A DNA stretch of 64,000 nt from Octopus sinensis (Eukaryota): contig NC_043003.1 in assembly GCF_006345805.1 (NCBI RefSeq), forward strand, positions 80,972,001-81,036,000, given 5' to 3'. The notes under the pieces are model-generated. The model had not been told where the DNA came from and made no database searches. It saw nothing but the letters and a program-made list of their open reading frames with translations. Of the stretch, positions 53,299 to 64,000 are shown piece by piece. The position numbers were made by a program, and so were the translations under genes. Every line of letters starts with the position of its first letter. Positions within the stretch are counted from its first letter, which is position 1.

Positions 53299-54168
53299 TC
53301 ATTTATATGTAAGATAAGTATGACGCCGCCAATGGGGACATCGAAAAGCCGTCTGTAAAAGCCCGTTTACCAAACGGCCTCTGGCGAACAATATGTGGAA
53401 AAGCTCAGAGTTACAAAGATTACACCTCCTTCTGCCCCTATCAAACGGGAGGGCCACCGACAAAATCGACCATTCCAGCCTAAAAACTGAATTCGCGTTC
53501 TTCAAACGCCAGATAAGTTAGCTAAGTCATGTAGCTTGTTATTTATTAACGTCGCGAAAAGTTGCGAAATGGTTCGATATTCTCAAGGCCAATTTTGACG
53601 ATGAGGCCCCGACATACGAGTAGACATCTGAATCCGTGTAAACATTGCATTGGTAAATGGCATTTCTGATCTTGGAGTTACTAGACAAGAACCTTATTCT
53701 ATTGGGATTAGCTTCTGATATTAATACTGCGTTTCTGTTACTATATTGACTGTGAGAACTGCGGCCGCCTACTACATTATACTCCTCATTATCACTATTA
53801 ATTAACAGACTAACCCCTGTGTATTCCCTATCACTGAGGAGGCTGTAATTGCTAGTATCCGTGGACCTGCTATTGCCGGAAACGATGCTAAAGTTGCTAT
53901 TAGGACTCTCTACATTAATGACCCGAACTGCGCTCACCTCCCTATTACCATTACTAACGTTATTAACATCACCATTTCTTCTATCGCTAATCCTATTATT
54001 TACTCCCTGGTTGGTACTGAGATTACCAGTCACTGCACTGGCTCTTTTATCATTATTACTACTATTATTATTCCTACTGCGCGCTAAACTGGAATTAGAC
54101 GGAGCTGCGCCTCCGGACAATGGTGGTAGGGTCTTAATAAGCAGCCTATTATTATGGGAGGCGATAAT
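53299..54168 (-). pseudogene. PLE C-terminal region: linker + GIY-YIG endonuclease, three clustered in-frame stops
   Basis: IIASHNNRLL...NAIYQCNVYTDSDVYSYVGASSSKLALRISNH...LIWRLK...LEWSIL...RCNLCNSE...LVN...RCPH; stops at 53539-41, 53527-29 and 53518-20. Confidence 0.9.
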
Positions 54169-54372
54169 ACTTTGGTAAGCAGATTAGAACTAATCTTCCC
54201 CTCCTGTTTCGCCAAGCCATTGCCAGTAACTTCCCCAGAAATTCCAAATATTACTCCACGGTTAATTCACATAAAGTTAGGATAGCTTTCTCCAACACAA
54301 GAAACCTTTCCCAGATAATCGCCTCCCATAATAATAGGCTGCTTATTAAGACCCTACCACCATTGTCCGGAG
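54169..54372 (+). pseudogene. PLE thumb/linker coding fragment, inverted relative to the GIY-YIG copy
   Basis: FGKQIRTNLPLLFRQAIASNFPRNSKYYSTVNSHKVRIAFSNTRNLSQIIASHNNRLL matches the PLE TNIGxxFLxLIxxxFP..NxxxVKISYSxxxNxxxIIxSHNxKLL. Confidence 0.85.
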
Positions 54373-54798
54373 ACGAACACACGAACACAGAATTTTTTCA
54401 GCCGCCTGAAAGGCTTTTTTCAGCAGTGCTCATTATCTAGCACCCCTCGCCAACATACGGCCGCGCACACATAGGCTACTATACACATACATGCTTTTAG
54501 GTAGGTTTTGTCTCGCCCCTAAAAAATACACCCTGTATTCTTAAAATATTCAGAACATTAGTTTTTGTCACACAGAACATCTCCACACCCCTTGTTCTCA
54601 TTAATTCCTCACCTACTAGATTTGACCGCGGCCTGACCTGTAATTATTCCAACGGACCTTTTGTCGGCCCCCACCAACCCCCCGATTTCAACGTGCATTG
54701 ATAAACAGTTTACCCATGGGCTCTTAAGGAGCGTCCTCGTTCGAATTGCTTTGCTGCGCCTCTGTTTTGTTTTGTTCTGACAACGTAATTCCTGGTTT

Positions 54799-54878
54799 TT
54801 CCTGAAGAGAAAGCTGCAATATGGTATCCTTATTCAATCAGAATTTGGAAATTTGTGGCCTTTGAAACATGTGTAGAA
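54799..54878 (+). ncRNA. Minimal type I hammerhead ribozyme (right arm)
   Basis: CTGAAGA 54802-08, GAAA 54864-67, GTA 54873-75, stem I TTC/GAA; same motif as the left arm. Confidence 0.72.
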
Positions 54879-54936
54879 TGTAATAAAAGGAATTCTGTAC
54901 AATCTTCGTTCAACTCCATTTCTTCCATTCACTAAT

Positions 54937-55065
<129 letters not shown>

Positions 55066-55342
55066 GTGTGTGTATGTATATATGCATAGTTAATTCAAAA
55101 ACGAATAAGATTCAAAAACTGAGAAAAAAATTTAAAACAACAACGTGAAGGCGTGCACAAGAAATATACCAATTTGATGCTCGGTAAAGGGAGAGAGTTA
55201 TTGTTAACGTTTCGAGCACAGCTCCTCTTCTGAGACAGGAAAGTCAAATCGAACAAGGGAAAAGTGAGAAAAAAATCGCCAACAGTCCACGTGTGGTTAC
55301 TTACACTCGTATAGTTACGTGTACACACACACATAAACACGC

Positions 55343-55424
<82 letters not shown>

Positions 55425-55709
55425 ATATATATCAGTTGTGGGGATGTATGTGTGTATGTGTATTTTAGTGTGTTTGTGTGTTTGTTTATGAATGCATGCA
55501 TGTTTGTATGTTTGTATAAATGTGGCAACACCAACGTATAAAGTTTAAGGAATGCATTTACCTTTCTTCCCAGATCAGTTTCATCTGTGTGTTGTTAATT
55601 ATTGTTTAATAATGGAATGGATAACGTCTATGAACTCTTTTATCCTTAAATGTCTGATTGAGTAACTTAAAGAATATACTAAATAATCCTTTCTACTATA
55701 GGCAGAAAT

Positions 55710-55947
55710 GTGGAGGCGCGTGGCGTATTGGTTTGGGTGTCAGCATCATGATCGTAAGTTTGTGGTTTCCGGGACCGGCGACGCGTTGTATTCTTGAGCA
55801 AAACACTTCATTTCTCGTTGCTCCAGTCCACTCAGCTGGCAAAAATGAATAACGCTGCGATAGACTGGCGACCCGTCCAGCTGGGGGACACATATGCCAT
55901 AGAAACCGGAAACCGGACTCATGAGCCTGGCTAGGCATTAAAAGGCT
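55710..55947 (+). mobile_element. tRNA-derived SINE (conserved central domain, distinct tail)
   Basis: GGAGGCGCGTGGC head, TTGTATTCTTGAGCAAAACACTTCATTTCTCGTTGCTCCAGTCCACTCAGCTGGCAAAAATGA core, and tail GCGATAGACTGGCGACCCGTCCAG. Confidence 0.8.
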
Positions 55948-55989
55948 TGAAATTTGGGGGCAGGGGATCTCTACATCATAACGTTCTAA

Positions 55990-56135
55990 GTACGCAACTG
56001 GTACTTAATTTTCCGAGCCCCAAAAATGAAAGGCAAAGTCGACATCGGCGGCATTTGAAATCAGAACGTAGCGTCAGACGAAATACTGCTAAGCGTTTAG
56101 ACTAGCGTGCTAACGAGTCTGCGAGCTGGTCACCT
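55990..56135 (-). mobile_element. SINE family B fragment
   Basis: CAACTGGTACTTAATTTT..ATGAAAGGCAAAGTCGAC.TCGGCG..ATTTGAA..CAGAACGTA is the reverse complement of family B. Confidence 0.82.
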
Positions 56136-57016
56136 AATGTACATACTAAATAATGCCACGATTACATGTAAAGAACTTAATATGAACTTAGAACGGAAAA
56201 TTATCTAAAAACATGACAAAGTTCAGGAAAACATAAAAGCGGTGATACTAAACAATGATAGTACTGAAAATAGGCTAGGCAGGGAAAGGAGAAGAAAAGG
56301 AGAAAATGCCGTTGTTAATTGAGTATGCTTTAACTTTAAGATTTAAATTTTGCCGATGGGGATTTACATTTGTCGATATTTTTCTTTAGTACCTTAGCTT
56401 TTACATTTTCAACCATTTTTTGCTGTATATTTTTTCTGGTTTATATATTGTTTCAGATTAACTGCCATCAATACATAAGCAATTCTTTAAGCTACAAATT
56501 CAGATTTTATATTTAGAAAACTCTTGTATATATGTTTAAGACAGAGATAATAATACTATTTCCTTCTGAATCTACTAAGAATAAAATACTTTTCACTTTG
56601 TGGATGTATCCAATTATGTCATCAGACTAATACATGCGTATATACAAAATTTACGGAGGTACATATTCTGCTCACATTTGCAAATGATCTTATATATATG
56701 TATGCATATATATATAGCTCTAAATTATAAATCTGAAATGCGAAAAGTTAAGAACGGGTTAAAGGCCACTAGAACCCGTCAGATCGACTCCAAAATTTAC
56801 AGGGACATGTAAGATGAGGTGAGGATGCAAGTGGACCAGGTTAGAAATCCCCATCAAAGTGTCATTGCTAGGACCAAAAACGCACTTTGACAAGTCTACT
56901 CTCGTTCTTTTATGTATCTGTCTTCCTCCGTCACTCACTCTCTTTCTTCCCTTCCCATCACTTTCTATATATAACGTCGTTTAACAGCGTCTAACTCCCC
57001 TTCACATTCTGCTCAC

Positions 57017-57439
57017 ATGTATGCTCACTTGCAAAAAATGAGACCTGCATTGGTGAATCGGCGTAGCCCAATTCTGCTCCACTATAATGCAGAGCCACAT
57101 GTTGCAAGGAAGACGCTGCAGAAACTCACATACTTGGTATACGAGAATTTACCACATCTTCTGTATTCCCCTCATCTACTACTTTTTAAGAATTTAAACA
57201 AGTTTTTAACTGATAAATCTTTCAGGTCCAAACCAATGGTGGAATCAGCTTTAAAAGATTTCTTAGCATCATAGGCAATACGTTTTTATCAACGAGGCAT
57301 AAATAATCTCGTCGATCGATGGCAGATATGCATAGATGTTCACAGCTCATACTTTGACTAATCAAAACATTTCTATTGTTCATTTTACCAGAATAAAATC
57401 TTGGTTCTGAAATCGGGCATTATTTTCGGAACAGCCAAA
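57017..57439 (+). mobile_element. Mariner 3' fragment with right TIR
   Basis: RRSPILLHYNAEPHVA (~LLHDNARPH) and LPHLLYSPHL; ends ...TTTTCGGAACAGCCAAA|TA. Confidence 0.85.
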
Positions 57440-57501
57440 TAGATATATATATATATATATATTGTTGATATGGAAATATGTATGTATGCAATATATATAT
57501 G

Positions 57502-57566
<65 letters not shown>

Positions 57567-57688
57567 GTATATATATATATATATATATATGTACATATAT
57601 GTATATATATATATATATATACATTATATACGTATATACATATATACATACACACACATATACAAACACATATGTATATATATATATA

Positions 57689-58400
57689 CAAGGTGTGGTG
57701 AATAAATTGTAGTCTAAATGACGCAAAAATGACAATAAAACTGGCGTCACATTTTAACAGACATACCAAAATTATATTAAAATATCTTGAAATACTAAAG
57801 AATAAATTTATTCATTAAAATCGCGATTGTCTTCAACCACAAACTCCAGACAACTTCTCCTTGTTTAAGTTGGTGACTGCTACCATTCTGGCCTTTACTT
57901 CATCTTTGGTGTTACAATGAGTTTTGTTGGTCTCTCACCCAACACAATAATCAAGAGGGTTGCAGTCTGGGGAATTAGGTGGCCGGACTTTTGGGAGTGA
58001 AGTGGTCGCAGAAATTGTCTGAAAGCCATGGTTGGATTCTCCTGCTTGTGTGGTTGATGCAGAATCCTGTTGCCATAGTATCTTCCGTTAGCCATGCTCT
58101 TGACCCAGAGCAGCACTACTACCTCCAGGAATTTGGTGTAGGCCTCCGTGTTGAGCCTGGGAAGATGTATGAAGGCATAACATCGCAATCACTAGTGGTC
58201 ACTCCAGATATTATGATGTTGACTGGATGTTTGATCTTTATCGTGGCACATGTCCTCAGATTGACACGCAGATAGTCTGTCTGAAACGTTCGTATTGGAG
58301 CTTCCAGCGCGAATGCCGAACAGAACAGCATGTCATTTCCAAATTTCTGCAAAGTGAATTGCTTCATATTGCTGTTTTTCTCACAGACAGTACCTACCTG
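57689..58400 (-). mobile_element. Tc1/mariner maT (DD37D)-like transposon 3' half
   Basis: KHPVNIIISGVTTSD.DVMP.YIF..LNTEAYTKFLE.VVL.W...WQQDSA...PPNSPDCNPLDY; terminus next to TA at 57687-88. Confidence 0.85.
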
Positions 58401-59306
58401 ACCCTACTATACTCCTAGTCGACTATATAAAAAACAATCAATGCAGATCTGCGAAAATATGAATATGAAATGGCGGCTATTTAGCCGTAACACCCTAAAT
58501 TTGCCTATGTATCCTTTTATAGCTGTACTTGTGTAGCTATATAACTCGTTCTTTCTCATCTCTTTCCAGTCCACACCTATTCTAATGAAGCTTAAGATCC
58601 GAAACGTCATAATACTTTACTAATTCCATTTGTCTAGCTATCAAGTTGATAATTTCCGTCTTGAATTAATTTCGTCTTGTAATACATTGCTTTTGATATT
58701 TTTTGTTGCTTTGTCTGCGATACACACATGCACGCAGACACAAATACACCTGACACAAACACACACAGAAACAAACACACACACACTCCAACAAACTGAA
58801 ACACACGTATAATTCACACATCTAAAACCATAAAAGTTAACTATAATTTATTGAGAATCTAATATGTATAGACTTATATGTTAAGTAGTCTTAGCAAACA
58901 TAATTTGAGTTACTAAAAACATAGTGTAAGGTGTTCACAATCCAACGCAACATGAATATCAAAAACCTAAATTATAATCATTGTATATTATAGATAATTA
59001 TGATACATCTAATAGATAGATGGAGAAGGTAAACAAACGGGAGTTGAAATTGAAAGTGACAAAAGCCTTCCGTTCCACGATGCAACAATCAACTGTACAT
59101 CATAGCTAAAGCTCCGAATTTGAATAAGTATATTTACTTGAATACAATGAGTAACTACCAGAATTACTTTTAAAGTACTTCATATACTATAAATCTTAAC
59201 CACTTGGCTGTGATAATGCTGCATACCTCATTGGATATCACAGATATCATATATATATGTATATATATATATATGTATATATATATAGATATCACAGATA
59301 TCATAT

Positions 59307-59375
<69 letters not shown>

Positions 59376-59380
59376 CATAA

Positions 59381-60160
59381 GGCTCTAAAAGACAGTGTAT
59401 TTAGCGAGGAAATAACCTATACACCTGTCACCAGTCCAATAATAAAGATAAGGAAACGTAGGAATAGGAAGACTATCTGGTTCACAATCCCCCTACTCCC
59501 ACAGAATTGACCTTTAATATAGATAAGTATTTCTTAGCACTGGTAGATAGACATTTTCCAGTCAACCATATTTACAGAAAGCTCTTCAATAGACATGACT
59601 TAAATATCATTTGCAGCTCAACTACTAATTATAAAAATATAATCGCACACAACACAGAAAAGCCACAAAATCAAACCAGCTGTTCATACAGGGATAAAAG
59701 TTTCTGCTCGCTAAATAGAGATTGCATGTCCGAGACCAAAATTTATGAAACCACCGTAGACTCTACAACCACTAAGGGCACAGTTTCGACAAAGAAATAT
59801 AACAAAATTATCAAGTCACATATGGTCCTTAAAAGATAAAGATGTCAGTTACAACATCCATTGGAAGATCTTAGCCAAGTGTAATGCTTACACCAACAGA
59901 AAGTGGAAAGTGCGGTTTTTGTGATATGGAAAAATGGCTCTTCTTGAAAAGCAGCTTACATGTCTCAATTCAAGAACTGAACTTTTTGGTTCATGTCCAT
60001 ACGTGGCTAAATATTGGATACGTTTCTGGTCTCACCAAGATCACAGATAGAACTTGTTTTTATATTTTTTCCACGTACGAGTTCTTTATCTCTCTATACT
60101 TTTTATATATATTTCTTATATATTTTTACATAATTATAGACATATTTTTATTGGTTTATA
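59381..60160 (+). mobile_element. Penelope-like element 3' fragment (thumb, Cys linker, internally deleted GIY-YIG)
   Basis: RKTIWF..LTFNIDKYFLALVDRHFP..LFNRH..SCSYRDKSFCSLNRDC..IYETTV..LSSHIWSLKDK..YNIHWKIL..CGFCDMEK..LNSRTELFGSCP. Confidence 0.9.
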
Positions 60161-61432
60161 TATCTTTACACATTTTTCCTGTTTTTACATTTCAATCTAC
60201 ATATTTCCTGTGAATGTGCGTATATAGACTTGCATAAGATTTTTTTGTGCGCGCGTGTGTGTGCATGTATGTGTGCGGGTATGTATATATGTACATGTAT
60301 CTGTACATATGTATGGTTGCATATATACGTGAGTCTACATGCGAGTGTTCCACGCAAGTGTAAGGGAGCATATAGCATGAGCGCTTTCTTAAATGTGTAT
60401 TTATGTATGACTGCGCGCGTATGGTTATGTACACGTGTGTGTGTGTGCGCGTGTGTGTGGATATGTATACGTGTACATGGGTGGTTGCATATATATGTGC
60501 ATCTATTTGGCGTATGTGTGGGTGCGCATGCGTGTGTTTCATGCGAGTCTGAGTGAGCATATGCATATAGGCACATGTGCGTGGGTGTGCGTGCGCACAT
60601 GTGTATGTATGTACATGCACGCATACGCGATTGCTATTAGAATTTTTACTCCTTTACTTTTTACTTCCTGCTCTTCGGTTTTTTCCCTTGTTTAACGGTC
60701 ATTCTAACAGTTCTTTTGTGTGTCTTAATAACGGTCAATTACATAGTGATTTCACTTTGTTTAACGGTCATTTTCATAGATTATTTTGATTGCCTCGATA
60801 ACTGAAGAGATGCCGGTGCAGGTTTCCCCGCCAACATCCGAATATCATGGCAACCGAATATTGTCACATATTATATTACAGATAAATTCCTCTATTTGCA
60901 TAATATCGAGGTATCTTTCATTCTTTTTATATCTTAACACTACTATTAATCATGGCCTACCTAGTTTCAATGTTGTTAATGATGTCATACCAAATAGACC
61001 AAAAAGAACAATATCTCATCTCTTCTTCATTTCCGCCTATAAAAAATCTTAGACTTTCCTCTTTCTCTTTTTCTTCCCATTCTTTTCTCTCATGTCTTGC
61101 TCTACGTATCCTTAGAAGACATTTCCTTTTTGCTAACCGAATTATGTTAGCCATTAAACTATTTTATATTCGCCACAATAGTATGCTATTGTATATCTCT
61201 GACTCACTACACTTTTGCCGTCTTCCCAACATTAACCCAAAAAAGGGATGTTTAATATAGAATTAATGTTTAATATAGTCGTTTCCTCCCATATTTTCGA
61301 GAGAAGCCACTTACTAGAGAAGCTGTAGCTCAAAGGTTTTAGGTCTGAAGAAAGGCTGTAAAGCTAAGTGCTTTAAAGACAGCAGTCCAAGAGTAACTGC
61401 ATAGACCAGGCCTATATATATATATAAATATA

Positions 61433-61472
<40 letters not shown>

Positions 61473-61475
61473 TAT

Positions 61476-61508
<33 letters not shown>

Positions 61509-61511
61509 ACG

Positions 61512-61542
<31 letters not shown>

Positions 61543-61991
61543 CTATCTATCAATCTATCTATTCACACACAGACACATATATGCATACATATAAGTATAT
61601 ATACATACATATATATATATATATGCATATATATACATGAGTATGTGTGTGTCTGTGAGTGTGTATATCTTATTCGAAGACAAAAGCACCGGGTATTGCG
61701 ACTAAACTTGCAAACACTATGTTGGGAAGGGAACTTCTTACCACACTGCCATGCCTGCACTTAGTATACATAGACACACACATATATGTATATGTGTCGG
61801 TCTCTTTCCTTTATCAAAAGCCAATTCCATGAGAATTGCCACTGAAAAGGTGACAACGCTGGTGGTTCTCCAGTGTGGTCACAGCATTTGAGCTGAAACA
61901 TAAACGAACAAAAACCTTTTTAGTGGTCATTGTATGTGTATGCGTATAGATAGATAGATAGGTAGATAGATAGATAGATACATAGATAGAC

Positions 61992-62028
<37 letters not shown>

Positions 62029-64000
62029 TGTTTCTTTATTAGCCACACAGGGCTGCACACAGATAGAACAAATTACAAGGTAGAGCTTTTCTTTTGAAGG
62101 TATTAAAAAAAAAAAAAAAAAAAAAGGAAGGGGGAGGTTCGATGAAAAAGGGATCGTAAAAGGAGAGAAAGAGGACAAAAATAGGGGGGTTAAAAAAAAA
62201 AAAAAAAGGGGGGGGGGGAGAGGAAAAAAAATGATCAATAGGGATCGTTATCACAGAAATGTCAATATGAAGTGTAAAGGGGAGGACAGGTGAAGTTTAC
62301 CGTGGAAAGAAAAGCCTGCGGAAAAGACCACGGTAACCTCGGTCAATGAAGTCACATTTTATATTCTTTTTTTTTTTTTTTTTTTTTTTGCAAATAAGCA
62401 ACTCTCTGTTTTCGATTTCTGGGTTCATAGGACTATGCTCAAGGTGGCTTCGTCATTCATACGTGCCATTCTTGCTACATTCACCCATCTTTTTTAAAAC
62501 ATTCGCTAGACAAAACTTGCCTCTCTACTCTCACTTTCCTTTTCAAGTGGTACTTGAAGAAGTTGATGAGAGATTGACCAGAGAGGAAAGTGTTTGTCTC
62601 CAATCCTTTCAGACGCGTCCACCAGATACATTCTTTCGCCATAGCCACAAGGATGATGAAAATAGCTCTTCCTTCCCGTTTGAAGGAAGGAGGCGTGACA
62701 ATATTGACGATAGACTCAGCTGATAAACCGACTCGTCCCACACGTGACAGCAGTTGTTCGACATAAGCCCACAGGTCGGAAATTGTTGGACACTGAACGA
62801 GTGCGTGCAGAACGGTTTCGTCGCTCTGACCGCATCTCGGGCAGGTCGGCCCCGTGTTTCTCGAGCCGTGTCTGTAGAGCTTATCCCGAACGGGTAGCGC
62901 TTCTCGGTAGCACTGCCAGGCCAGGGATCTCTGGAAGTTGTCCATGGGCCCTGGCCCGAAAGTCGTCCCGAACAGGCGGGTCAGGTACTCCTCGTCGACG
63001 TCCAGGTTCGCCCCGAGCTCGTCGTCGTACCTCCCCTCCACTAAACCCCTATAGAATGCTTTGGTTGTGTTGAAGTCACTTAAGGTCGACCCAGGACGGC
63101 AGAGTTGCTTGAGAGCAACGCGACACTCGCGGTGCCATTCGCCCTTCCTCGGCCTCTTTTTGATCCACGACTGCAGTTCGGTCATGGAGACGAGCTGCGG
63201 GAAAGCGTGCCTCACAAACGGCGACCACACCTGTTCACCGTCGTCTACATAGAGCCAGAGATGTCGCAGTCTCAGCGCGTGTCTGCGCATCATCAACCAC
63301 GGCATGCCCAGCCCTCCTTTTAACGGGTGTTGACAGCAAATGGATCGCCTGACCATCGGACGCATCCTTTCCACAAGAAGCGAAAGAGGATGCGTTGTAG
63401 TTTGGTGATGGTAGGGTCGGGACAAGGTACGACGGTCAGGCGGTAGTAGATGACGGACGCGATGTACGTGTTCGCCACCTCCGCTCGACCTTTTAGGGAC
63501 AGTTTCCTCTCGGCCCATTGCCGGGCGAGAGTGACCACCCTACTCGTTATCTCGTTCCAGTTCTTCTCCACTTGGAGGTCCGGACCAAACCAGACCCCGA
63601 GCAACTCAACCGGGCCGTCGGTCCAGCGTCCCACGACGGAGGCGCTGGTGGACGGCATGGGCTTGCTTCTCCAGGTGCCTAGTCGCAAGCCCACTGACTT
63701 TTCCCGGTTGATTTTCGCTCCTGTCACGCTTCGTAGTTTTTCAGTGTCTCGCCGACCAGCTCGATGTGCTCGTGGCTAGACACTATGACGGTGACGTCGT
63801 CCGCGTATGCAGACACGCTCGTCCCGCATCCCAATTCTCGCGGGATGCCCCTTAGAGTCGCCAGCTTCCGCAGTAGTGGCTCAAGAGTCAATACGTATAG
63901 AAGCGCCGAGAGGGGGCATCCCTGACGGACCGAACGTGCAATGTCGAAAGGTCTCGATAGATGTCCATTTACGCGAATTACCGAACGGATGCCTCTGTAC
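62029..64000 (-). mobile_element. L1-Tx1 LINE, 3' ~2 kb (continues beyond window)
   Basis: RT motifs SVRQGCPLSALLY, YADD (63796-63807), GAKINREKS, LGVWF, GGLG and a C-terminal CPRC..ETVLHALVQC; 3' UTR ends AATAAAGAAAC followed by (TATC)n. Confidence 0.96.
62425..64000 (-). pseudogene. Tx1 ORF2 (reverse transcriptase + C-terminal zinc finger) with three -1 frameshifts and no nonsense codons
   Basis: Frameshifts near 63738, 63362 and 62495, each a missing base in a short homopolymer; conserved motifs are continuous across them. Confidence 0.85.

Noticed and set aside
60700-61260. Possible PLE N-terminal or GIY-YIG remnant with TAACGGTCA repeats
   Set aside because: Signals on the two strands conflict and no motif is convincing enough to call.

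Overview
AT-rich eukaryotic, repeat-saturated, apparently intronic or intergenic DNA. It is most likely from a coleoid cephalopod (Octopus-like); I infer this from recognisable tRNA-derived SINE families, mariner MITEs and very dense (TA)n/(CA)n/(GATA)n microsatellites, without a database check. I cannot support any host protein-coding gene, rRNA, tRNA or CRISPR array. Most ORFs in the track are microsatellite or antisense-TE artefacts. The window holds dead DNA transposons (hAT-Buster, several mariner/maT, Chapaev3-like, a non-autonomous Helitron, MITEs), fragments of R4/Dong- and CR1-like LINEs, many SINEs, two copies of an L1-Tx1 LINE and many Penelope-like (PLE) remnants. The most interesting structures are as follows. 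(1) A 2.4-kb head-to-head PLE unit (52.5-54.9 kb) with ~570-bp inverted arms, each carrying a minimal hammerhead ribozyme. It encloses a GIY-YIG ORF whose Cys-rich linker is replaced by a ~160-aa N/S/R-rich tract. (2) A 2.05-kb ORF1-only ('half-L1'-like) retroelement inserted with a 16-bp TSD into a SINE head, with a 3' end resembling the Tx1 LINE. (3) A young Tx1 family whose two copies both sit at (TATC)n microsatellites; one has no stop codons, only three homopolymer indels. (4) Further hammerhead motifs, one in the loop of a 99-bp hairpin. All structures were read by eye and coordinates of degenerate elements are approximate.
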